DNA of 64,000 bases from Curvularia clavata (Eukaryota), in assembly GCA_023920165.1 (NCBI GenBank), contig CP089274.1, positions 992,001 through 1,056,000 of the forward strand, read 5' to 3'. The translations under genes were made by a program, and so were the position numbers. The notes under the pieces were generated by a model. The model searched no databases, was not told where the DNA came from, and saw only the letters and a list, made by a program, of their open reading frames with translations. Shown piece after piece: positions 37,258-47,634 of the stretch; position 1 is the stretch's first letter, and each line of letters starts with the position of its first letter.

Positions 37258-37680
37258 TGTCAGGACCTGGTCCAAATTGGGCCATTCCAGCCCAATTCCC
37301 TCCCATCCTAGTATAGTTAGTCAGCTGGAGCTTACTGTCAGGACCTGGTCCAAATTGGGCTATCTTGGTCCAATTCCCTCCTTCTTTACGCTAGTTAGTC
37401 AGCTAGGGCTTACCTAAGGCTATAAAGCCATTACAATCGCTAGAGGGACTCGATAGCGATTCGTCTCGTGAATATACGGCTGTTAAAGCATAGTTCTCTC
37501 TCATCTATCTCGTGCTGTACCATTATCCCACTAACAGTCTAACACTTACTCAGGACTATGAAGCTCTAGTAATTGCTAGAGATGCTCGATAGCGATTCGT
37601 CTCGTGAATATATGGCTGTTAACGCATAGTTCTCTCCCATCTATCTCGTGCTGTACCTTCATCCCACTGACAATCTAACA
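37258..37680. mobile_element. Solo LTR (outer copy; 209 bp, split into 37258-37335 and 37550-37680)
   Basis: Starts TGTCAG, ends CTAACA; flanked by the 5-bp TSD GATTG (37253-37257 and 37681-37685). Confidence 0.9.
37336..37544. mobile_element. Solo LTR (inner copy; 209 bp) of the same family, nested in the outer LTR
   Basis: TGTCAG…CTAACA; 5-bp TSD CTTAC (37331-37335 and 37545-37549); aligns without gaps to the rejoined outer copy (~82% by hand count). Confidence 0.9.
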
Positions 37681-38216
37681 GATTGACTCATGCCGCTCTA
37701 GGGCTCCTAGCTATCTATATTTATATAGGTGGGAAATATGTTTCCATGGGAGCTCTTCTCAACACTCTTTCTATGCCGTCGGTGTATAGTGGGGAGTTGA
37801 GTAGTCTGTCCATGGGTCTCTTGTACCCCGATGTCGCAGCGCTGTTGAGGCTGCGCCTTTACATTGATAGTGGTACTAGTCACGTGAATCCATTACTTAG
37901 GATGGCGACACGAACTTTTCGTCCGTATGTAACTTCTTGTCTTCACTTCCAGCCTTCGGATCAGATTTTGTCCGCACGTGTCCGACAAAAGGGCACTTGG
38001 TAGAGCTATTCACCAGAATCATTGGTCAATATGTGTGACCGAAGACCGACCGATGAACGGCCGACGACCGACCGACTGTCAGGACTCTTGGTAGATTACA
38101 AATGATCTAGGATTTTGGCACTGGTGAAAATGAGCTCTTGTGACCTTTTCTTATATATTCAGCAATCAAATAGGATAGACATGTTGCTACCTTAATCACG
38201 CCTTTCAGTCAGCAAC

Positions 38217-39182
38217 ATGGCATCGCCAAAATTCCTCAAAAAGATCGCGATTGTTGGTGCCAATGGCAATGTCGGATCATACATTTTATCGGCTCTGCGA
38301 GCCAAAGGACATTTTCAGATTACTGCTATTAGTCGTATACAATCCAAAGCCACCTTCCCATCTGATATCGGCGTTGCACGTGTCAACTATGAGCAACCGG
38401 AGACTCTAGTCGAAGCCTTGAAAGGACAAGATGCGCTCATTATCACCATGAGCTTTTCCGCCCAGAATGCACAGGAGCAACTCATCCGTGCCGCAGCCGA
38501 AGCTGGAGTGCCGTGGATCCTGCCAAACGAATTCGGAATGTTCAACACACAAGCAATAGAGAACGAGACAATTGGGCCAGCAAAGCAAAAGGATAGAGCT
38601 TTGATCGAGTCGCTTAGGGTGTCATCCTGGATCGGAATGATCGGCGGCTTCTGGTACGAGTACTCGATTAGCGGAGGCCAATTCGGTATTGATCTCAGCA
38701 AGCGTGAAGTTGTGTACTTGGATGATGGAAATCAGCGACTGAACACTTCAACTTGGCCCCAGACAGGGCTAGCTGTAGCCAACCTGCTTTCTCTACCGAT
38801 ATCATCATCTGACGGCAAGGGCCCGACACTGGATCAATATCGTAACCGTATGCTACATTTCTCATCATTCACTCTCAGTCAACGTGAGATGTTTGAGGCT
38901 GTGCAGAAAGCTACGGGAACCACAGAGAAGGACTGGAAAATGTCCTCTCAGTCAGCGAAAGAGTGTCTAGCGAGGGCGAAGGAGAGATTGATGGCTGGAG
39001 ATTTTAGTGCACTTTCAACGGCTTTATATACACGATACTTCATCGATGATGCTGGTTTGTACGAGAAAGTCCACGGGCTGAACAATGAAGAGCTGAGCTT
39101 GCCAAAGGAGGATTTGGTCGATGCTACAAAGAGGGCTGTCGAATTGGCGAAGACTGGCTTTTGGGACAAGCTGTACAAGTAA
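38217..39182 (+). CDS. NmrA/isoflavone-reductase-like NAD(P)-binding oxidoreductase (CipA-like)
   Basis: IAIVGANGNVG Rossmann motif; LIRAAAEAGVPWILPNEFG; GFWYEYS; NTSTWPQTG. Confidence 0.9.
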   Translation: MASPKFLKKIAIVGANGNVGSYILSALRAKGHFQITAISRIQSKATFPSDIGVARVNYEQPETLVEALKGQDALIITMSFSAQNAQEQLIRAAAEAGVPWILPNEFGMFNTQAIENETIGPAKQKDRALIESLRVSSWIGMIGGFWYEYSISGGQFGIDLSKREVVYLDDGNQRLNTSTWPQTGLAVANLLSLPISSSDGKGPTLDQYRNRMLHFSSFTLSQREMFEAVQKATGTTEKDWKMSSQSAKECLARAKERLMAGDFSALSTALYTRYFIDDAGLYEKVHGLNNEELSLPKEDLVDATKRAVELAKTGFWDKLYK

Positions 39183-39342
39183 TTTATCGATTGTATAAGT
39201 CGAAAACATCAAGTAACCCCCAAAGCATAATTTACGAACCGTAAATTCTAGACCATATAGATTTTGCAAGCATAAAAGCTCTTAGAACTCACTTGTGACT
39301 CATTTTGACCGTTTTCATATTATCTTCTCTCAAAAATGCTTA

Positions 39343-40729
39343 TCAGTCAAACACTATTGCGGCCTTGACTACTTCTTGCTTCCTCACTGCCTCCAAACAC
39401 TCGGCCCATTCCTCCAATATATACGTCTTGTTCGCGATACCCTCCAACCTAAGTCGTCCAGTATTAACATACTCTAAGACATGTGGTAGATGACCCATAC
39501 TACAAAAGCTAGCCAAAATGGTAACCTCGTTTTCCCAAATCTGGAATGGCGACCAAGCGATCTTGACGCTGTTGTCATATACGCCGTACACAACTAGCTT
39601 TCCACCTTTGCGCACAAAGTCGAGGGATTGCTCTAATACTGTAGGGGCGCCGGTAGCTTCGACAACGACATCGAATCCATATGGGTTAGCAGTGCGAAGA
39701 TCATGCATGTCCGTCTCAGGCTGTTCGTCAGATATAGTGATGTAAGCATCTGCAATGCCAAGTGAGCGAGCGAGGTCCAGCTTTGGTCCTGCTTTGGACG
39801 CAATTGTCAACTAGAATTTGTCAGTAAGCGGCGACGAAAAGCACCAAGGGGTTGCGTACATGCGCGGCACCGTTCATCTTGATTAACTGCGCGAGTAGTA
39901 TACCGGTTGGTCCACATCCGAATAGCAATACACGGCTTCCAACTTCTAGTTGCATCCTCTCAATGCCATGCGCCGCACAAGCTGCTGGCTCAAGCAAAAC
40001 TGCCTCGAGATCAGGAAGGTTGCCTATGGGAAATACCATCCGTGCAGGGTATCGGCAGTACTCTGCCATGCCGCCCGGTACATTGCCGCCATATCCAGTC
40101 ACGTTTTCGCAAAGCTGTGGCTTCCTTCGAATACAGTGAAAGCAGTTGAGACATGGTTCCAGGGCATCCGCAGCTACGCGATCACCGATAGCTACATTGG
40201 TGACATTTTTCCCAATCGCAGCGACTGTGCCAGCTGCCTCGTGACCTACAATTATCAGCGAAGAATGGGTATAGAGTCATAAAATAACTATACCAGGGAT
40301 CAAAGGCCACTGACGGATTCTGTTAGCAAGGTTAATTTGACGAGTCAAGAGGCACCTATACCTTTGCAAGAAACTCGCCTTTGTGGTAGTGCAAGTCCTT
40401 GGCTCGATTAGCAAAAGATGCTTTTAGTGTTCTCCATGGTATATCACATACAGTCCCACATACACCACATGCTGAGATTTTGACCTATTTCAGATTAGTA
40501 CCCAGTAAGCAGCGGAATAGAAGCCGATGAACCTTACAAGAACGTCATCATCCCCAATGACTGGAACATCAATCGTTTCAACTGCAAATTTCTCGGGACC
40601 AGAGTATCTGGTGATTCTCAGCAAGATAAAAATGTTATCACCAAGTGCATGCATGCCTTACTGCAATGCCTTCATCTTTTTCGGCACAGCGTGAGGCTGT
40701 TGATTACCGTGGCCCGCATATCCGTTCAT
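39343..40729 (-). CDS. Zn-dependent medium-chain dehydrogenase (polyol/D-arabitol dehydrogenase-like), 7 exons
   Basis: Spliced: CGVCGT/DLH, PLIP/GHE, structural-Zn CLNCFHC…LC, LLEPAACAAHG, GCGPTG, GFDVVVEATG. Confidence 0.9.
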
Positions 40730-42870
40730 TGTAAACTTGAAGAAGGAATAGGAAGTGCTTTAGGTTTAACAAAAACATCGTGGGTTGGGACATTTTATAC
40801 TCAAGCCTTGTGTATCTATTTCGACACGAGGGTATTGTTAGACGCGTCTATGATTGGGGTGCGGGGTTCGGCAAACCTTCCTTGGGGCAATCCTGCCAGC
40901 AGTACCGGCATTTCTCTTTTAGGTAACCGTACAACGAATATAGGAATACGTCTACCCCAACTCCAAACTGCGACCATTTGATCATGACACAGCTGGATGT
41001 TTGGAATTATAGTATCTATTCTGGATGGAGTGTTTTTGATCTTGTTTGAATGGTTTTTGTTGGGAGTTTAAGGTTCTGGCCGCAGTGCACCTTGTCGGCT
41101 TTCGGAGTAAGCGCGGAGCGCAACGAAACCTTCTGAGGTTATTCTGACGTCGGCCTGGTGGAGCTCAAGTACATGAGATGGCCATGTTATTCATCCGGAG
41201 TGAACTGCAGATTTGCCCGGGATTAGGCATGCCAGTCTGCTAAAGCAACACCAATATCGTGTGTGTTGATCCTCGCAAGATCATAACTTGAAATAATGGG
41301 AGAATCTGTTGATTAGTTGCTGACCTGGTAGAGTGCTCTTCAGATAATTCGACATCACGAGGAGTCATAATCAAATAGGAGGTAACGTCAACCAGCACAT
41401 TGATATCAGGTGTCCCACTGTTGGTATCGGTTTAGTTCAACCACGGCCTCTTCATCAATAAAGGAGTATAATGTTAGGCAATTTCGCTGCTTCTTAGTAA
41501 GAGTTACGCTTTTGGGAGGATTGACGTCCCATACAAGTCAACATCGAATTCCTATTAGCCTTCTGAATCCGAAAATCAGAAGGAGGTCGTTTGAATACTA
41601 TTCCAGGGATGTAATAGACTAGTTAGAACGCAAGCAATCTCGGCTGTCGCACTTGAATCATGCAACAAGTATCCCATTAGAAAAACCGGAACAGACAGCG
41701 ACCAAAATTGACCGGAGATGAGCTTCGAAATTGCTCACTGAGGCGCATGCTGAAATCAATAGCGGATCCCTCCAAAAAACTTGAATGTATCTCAAAATTT
41801 ACAATCATCCAAGCACAACAACAACAGGCCTTTTTTTTTCTCTTTCAAGCAAGGTGAAGTGTAGAGTGACTGCAGCTAGCGAAGCGGTTTAGAGGACAAA
41901 GTGACGTGCACGACACTGTGCATTCTTTCCCATGATTTGTTTGCTATTTGACAGATTCCCTAGCGAATCGCGATGCTTACTGAATTCAAAACCTCAAGGC
42001 TCCACAAATCCAAGCCCCTCCGGTCTGTGATGGTCTGGCTCCGGCGGTGTAGCTGATTTCGTTAAGGTGCTGATCACGTGATGAACGAACTCCCACTACT
42101 GCCAAGCAGAAAAGAAGCGTCTAGACCGTGTTCTCAAAATGAAATCCGTTGACTCGCGGGTGAGGAGGACGAGACAACGCTTGGATGGATATGTCGAGTA
42201 TCCGAGTCTGACTCGGCTTACTTGCCCCAAACGGCTGACAGGGCTGATTACCGTAATGAGTGGCTTGTTGCACTGTCCCGCAATATTTTACCACGGCCTC
42301 TCTTCTTCGCTATGTAATAAAGATAGTAATGCATAAAACGAAGTGAGAGATGCTAAACTGAGCCTGTGCAGCGCTTCACTTCGCTATCGTGCTCGAAATG
42401 ACAGCTCAGCTCTGCCGCGCAGCAAACCCAACGAGATGAAGTAACTAAACGAGCGAATACTAATCTTTTCCAAGGCTCGCCAGGCACCCACTCCTATTGG
42501 TTCAAAAACATACTACTTTCGACTAGGAACAGCAATAGACCTGCAGGTAGTTACTAATGTCAAAATGTCTTTATTCAGACCACTCACAGTTAGAAGACCC
42601 CGAGGATCGCCAGTTGAGGCTTGTGAGCCTAGCGATGATTCAGCATGATTAACCCTTACAATAACGAACTTGGTGGCTTTCCCCATAGTCTATGAGTACA
42701 TGAAGTTAAATACTTGGATATGTTGATTACAATGGAGAGTAATCATTTTCACCTTGTGTACGCGATCACGATCACGTACAGGTAGGGCGTCATGATAAAG
42801 ATGGTTGCGGTTCCCAACAACAGCATTGGCAAAAGCGACACCAGAGAACCCCATTGAAGAAATTACAAAA

Positions 42871-43583
42871 ATGTTGTTTAGCACGCTTGTCCCCGCATTG
42901 TCTTTTAGCGTAAGTCTTAAGAACAATTGAGATAACATTATTTAGCTAAAACCTATCTCCAGGCTACAGTGCGATTGCCCGTAAGTCGCTCATTCAAATA
43001 TCACTTCAGCATGACCGCAAATCTAAAACTCATGGCATCTAGACTCCTATTGGCACAGTAGCAACAGGTTCAAATTCCATATACGTCGACGTCGTGACGG
43101 GCACCTTGACTTCGGAACCAGAGGTACACTTCTTCTTCCTCTTTGACCTCCAACTCACCTCTAACTCAACACGCACCCAAGTTCTCCCCAAAGATTCAAG
43201 CAACAGCCATCCGCGGCGGCGACCACATTACCACCGACCCCCCAAACCCGCACTCTAATGCCACTGTCCTCCGCCTGCACCTCGACACACTAGTACAAAC
43301 GCAAGACGAGCCGGCCGAATACATCCGCATGCGCGCTACGGGCGTTGAGATCGCAACGCCCGAAGCCGCCGCCATTCTCAGTGGCGACCGCAACGCCGCG
43401 CCTGTAGCTTTTGGCGACTTCCAGGCCGTTAGCTCCTGGGCGTTTGAGACGGGCAGTGCTAAGTATTGGGAGCTACAGAACGCGGTTTTTGTAGGGACCA
43501 CGAGTTTGGCACCCGGAAAGGAGGAGGGCACAATCGTTGTTGGGTTCAAGATTGCGAAGGTAGTGAGCTCAAAGGGAATTTGA
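42871..43583 (+). CDS. DUF3237-like beta-barrel protein with putative signal peptide (several 5' introns)
   Basis: MLFSTLVPALSFS/ first exon; IRGGDHI…LVQTQD..YIRM…WAFETGSAKYWELQNAVFVG matches the DUF3237 FETG-x-x-x-Y-x-x-L-x-x-x-VFVG pattern. Confidence 0.7.
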
Positions 43584-43918
43584 GGTACTTGCGTATGCTG
43601 GGGGCGTGGCGAGAGAAACAGTTTTACGGCTTTGGAGTGGGACGATATATTGATGTTACTGGTATAGAGAATCATGATATTTGTTTGCTCCAGAAAACGT
43701 GTGCACCGTACTCACATAATGTGACTGGACACCTCAACCTTGAGTTTCGTGAATACTCTACAGCTTCTTTTGAAAAGTTCACTGTAGCGCTGTACTGGAC
43801 ACGGCAAATGCTACTCATATGAATGGAACCTAATTGTTATTCGTAGAAAAAGAGCCCTCTTATTCAACCCAGACCTCTCGGTATTTGATGTCTATTCAAA
43901 CATCACACTACCAACCTT

Positions 43919-44062
43919 CTAGTTTGCCCATATCACATGCTCCCTGCGCATTTGTCTCCCATCTGGACTGCTCTCCAATACCCTCCCAGTCTTCATTTTG
44001 CTCGGGTGTCTTCTCTGCTCCTCAGCGACATCTTCAGGTACGCTTCTTGCTTGAAATTGACC

Positions 44063-44095
<33 letters not shown>

Positions 44096-45298
44096 GTTTG
44101 GCGCCCACTCAACCTTGAAAAACATGTGGGGAAACCCTATCAGGTCTTCTTCATTGAAGACGATAATATGACTGATATACTTGTTGCCTCCCATTTCCTT
44201 CTTGTGCTGTGCTAGAAAGTAGCCTGCTGCTAACCCGTTTGGTGATCCTTTGATCAAGATTAGCTAAGATTATGCCGACATATATTGCCACAACTTAGAA
44301 AGTGAGGGAGTTGGGTTTTGAGGAAGGTCTTACCGAGAAGAGCGTTGTATTCCTCAGTTCCAGAGTCAAATCGGATTCCTGGCCAGGCTGGCAACGATTC
44401 ATAGCCTCTCCTTTCGAGTGCTGTGTCAATGATGTCCGCCGTATCTTCGTTAACAATGCAGATAGACATAAAGCCATTCACGTTTCCTAGGTTGTGATCG
44501 CTCACTCGGTTCCAAAAACCCCATGCTATGTCTGAGCTGGACCTCAAAGCCGGCAATTCATCCTGTGGAACTGGAAGATTATGTGGCATGCCCCACAGGC
44601 TGTGAGCGCTGTGTGCGGTCGATACACGATCGAGAAAGAAGATATAACCATCTTTACCGTTCACACCGATGGTAAAATGACCCCCTGTAACCTGAAGGGC
44701 AATATATCTGTTAGCAGATCAAGCCAAGATATCTAAGAGATCCTTTTCCTTTGCTTACCCGGTATCTGCGTCCGTTCACATTGTAGTATTGGTTCGGTAA
44801 CGATGGAAAGGATCCATCGGGGTATTTCTCAACAGCAGGACCATTAAAATGATTGACAGTGAAGCACTGGTTAGGACCGCCAACGTGAGAGTCATATGGA
44901 CTAATACCCAGATCTTTGAAAGCTCTCTCCAGGTGGTATGTGTGTTTGAAGTCACAATTGTCCATTCGGTCTGCTTCATAACTGACATCGTTGTAACCCC
45001 ACATAATCAACTCATTGAACAGACTGCCCTGCCATGGAGTGGTCAGTGGAGTGCAGTGCAGAGCCGCTTCGCTCGGGTTGAGCGTGGTGCCCAAAAGCAG
45101 TTTGACGCCTTTGCAAGCTGCACGATGCCATACGTCATTGTCATTAGCCGTGACATGGACGTCTTTCTCATCGAAACCAGTGTCCAGAGCCCAGTAGTCT
45201 TGTTGAGAAGAGTTGATGAACTCAAACTGGCCTATCTCACCTGCGACGAAGCAAAACAACCTCGTAAAGATGGCAATCATCGTGAGTGGGAGCTTCAT
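43919..45298 (-). CDS. Secreted hypothetical protein with polyproline linker; 2 introns
   Basis: Signal peptide MKLPLTMIAIFTRLFCFVAG; three ORFs joined by GT-AG introns; LRSSSDIAWGFW and ALL/GSPNGLAAGYFLAQHKKEMG. Confidence 0.8.
44063..44095. repeat. (TGGCGG)n microsatellite encoding a Pro11 tract
   Basis: tggcggtggcggtggcggtggcggtggtggcgg. Confidence 0.85.
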
Positions 45299-46519
45299 CT
45301 TGGAAACCGAAGTGAGTGGTTACGAGGGAACAAGTGTTGTGAGTGAAATTGTATAAGCGAAAAGTAGGTGGAGTTGAGTTGCAATGTTACGTGTGGTTAC
45401 GTTTGTTGCGTGGGGAGCGCGGTGGCCGTTTGTTTAGTGGAAGGGTAGACATGTGTTTGCAATCAACTTTGTATCATGATAGTGATAGCGGAGGTGAAGA
45501 GGAAATTGCTAGTATCTTTATACACGAATGAGAGTGAAATGCGTCTCGTATCGACAACAGCATTTTCACAACGACGATGTCATTCAAGATTCTTATAGCA
45601 TGTTAGTGGCATAAGAGAGCATGGGACCTTTGCTACGCACTTATGCTCATTGATACCCTTCAGAAATAGGGTATGAATACCCATTGACATTGGATTTGTT
45701 GTGATGATTGCTACTACTTGCGATCCAAATTGCGGCTTCTGTCGCTGTTGCCATTATTCTTACCGGGCATCCATTCTATCATGCTACTACTGTTTTAGCT
45801 CTGATATTGCATTAGCAGCATACAAAGCTACAACAGACGTTTCATTTGCGATGTGGATTTCTCTAAGGTGTGTGTGTTGGAGAAACATCATTCCTGATAG
45901 CCCAGCCCAAGCTACTGTGTGCTTATCGTCGATTTCGTCTTCAAACCCATAATGAGCTGGTTCTTATTTCGCCAAGCCAGGATGTGGACGAGCGTCATTT
46001 TCCGGGTAGGCCGAGAACGCAAATAGACGACGGACAGCGCCTAAGCAGTAGAATCATGCTAGCTTTGCCGTAGTCTCAAGTATTTTGACCACAACGTTGC
46101 ATCCCATGCACATATGAACAATCGGTGAGACGGAATGACCTGCTAGTCTAACAGCGGAGGTTTTAGTTTTCTTAATTAGAGTACTAGACAATAAGTGAGG
46201 AGGAATTCCGTGCGTGAGCTTACTGTCAGACGCGGAAGACATCGAAGGGCGCTAGTGAATGCACTGTACAGGAGTCAATAGTAACTCTCTGATGGCATTT
46301 AGATCTAAGCGCTGCAGAGGTAGCCCCGAAATCCTGGACAGGGTAGAAAATGAAGTCTTCTACCGTCGTGTCAAACTGCAAAAGTGCCCGTGATGTCTTG
46401 TCTATCATAGTGAAGACGTTGGAGACATTCTATCCTTGAGCGAGTCGACAGCGCATCCCACAGCGAATGACTGGGTCTAGAGAAAAGGCTGTGTTGGCGT
46501 TACGGTGTGCTGAACCGGT

Positions 46520-47395
46520 TCAGTCGCTATCGCTGTCATAGCCTGGGACAAGCATGTTGGATAGCTTCGATGGCGGCGGCGCTGCTTTGGCTTGAGGGGC
46601 AGGCGTCGGTGCAGGAGCCGGTGCGGGTGCTTTCTTCTTTATGCCAAGCGCGGCGCTGTAGTCCTTCTTTTCCTTAGGCTTCTTGCTGAAGGACGAGACA
46701 ACGGGGACTTCTATTGGCACATCCATCATGTCTTCGTCAATTGCCTCCTCGCCAATGTCCGGCATACTCCGATTCGCAAATGCCTGACGTGCGGCCTCGG
46801 CATCCTCTTCTTCTTGTTTCCTCCTGCGCTCGTCGGCAGCATCGGGCTGCGCCTCTGGCCTAGTACCCTGACTTTCGGCCTTTTCAAGACGCGCATTCCG
46901 AGAGCGAATCTCGTCAAGAGCATCGGCGATAGCCATTTCAGTCTTGGCGTCGACTACTTTTGTCTCGAGCTCCTTCATGGCATCTCGTTCTGCCTCTTCC
47001 TTCTCCAAACGGTCCAGGCGCTCCTCCTCAGTCTCCTCGTTAAGCTTGGCCTCTCTCCATGGCTCAAAGTTGCGCTTTGCGCCGCGCTCGCATTCGTAGT
47101 CCATGTTCTTGGGGTCGGTCTTGAAGGTGATTTCGCCCGAACAGCGAGTGCAGCGAATGTAGAAGCGGAAGATGGCGATGTTGTAGTATTTTTCGTCGGT
47201 TGTCTCTTTTCGCGCGTTGAACTTGCGGCCCTTGTATATGAACTCTCCACAGTGCGTACATTTCATGGAGAAAGGCGCCATGAGGCGGACTGTCATCAGC
47301 TTGGGGCCAGCATTCTTAGGACCGCGCTGACGGGTGATCTTCGAGGGGTCGAAGTCGGGCGGGTAGTACTTGGTGAGAACCTTTCGTTCGGACAT
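46520..47395 (-). CDS. YJU2: Splicing factor Yju2/Cwc16 (CCDC94)
   Basis: MSERKVLTKYYPPDFDP…VRLMAPFSMKCTHCGEFIYKGRKFNARKE…RCTRCSGEITFKTDPKNMDY. Confidence 0.96.
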   Translation of the reverse strand: MSERKVLTKYYPPDFDPSKITRQRGPKNAGPKLMTVRLMAPFSMKCTHCGEFIYKGRKFNARKETTDEKYYNIAIFRFYIRCTRCSGEITFKTDPKNMDYECERGAKRNFEPWREAKLNEETEEERLDRLEKEEAERDAMKELETKVVDAKTEMAIADALDEIRSRNARLEKAESQGTRPEAQPDAADERRRKQEEEDAEAARQAFANRSMPDIGEEAIDEDMMDVPIEVPVVSSFSKKPKEKKDYSAALGIKKKAPAPAPAPTPAPQAKAAPPPSKLSNMLVPGYDSDSD

Positions 47396-47634
47396 GGCTG
47401 CAGGCTAGAGCGTCGTCGTCGTCTTTTTCTCGATGTACAATGTCGTGTCGTCGTGTCGCGTTGTGGCCGGTGTTGAGTGACGGAGTTTTGGTTGACTAAG
47501 CCCGCGGCCCCTGCAGGCAGCCCCGCAAACATGTGCTTTCGTGTCGCGCGGGCGCCATTGCTACCCACCACGCGCCGAGCCGTTACACTTCTCCTTTGAG
47601 CGCATGCCTGGGAACAGCATCACCGCAGCACACC

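Noticed and set aside
37258..37680. Interpretation as CRISPR-like array or simple tandem duplications
   Set aside because: Fully explained by nested LTRs with two TSD pairs; fungal context and no spacers.
38077..38085. TGTCAGGAC matching the LTR 5' end
   Set aside because: Only 9 bp with no further similarity; likely chance.
41000..42800. Long intergenic stretch scanned for ncRNA or pseudogene
   Set aside because: No tRNA, 5S, snRNA or repeat signature seen by eye; an Infernal/Rfam search would be needed to exclude one.
46592..47476. 294-aa antisense ORF over YJU2 (and similar shadows over UBP15, GLS2 and PRP9)
   Set aside because: Shadow ORFs of conserved genes.
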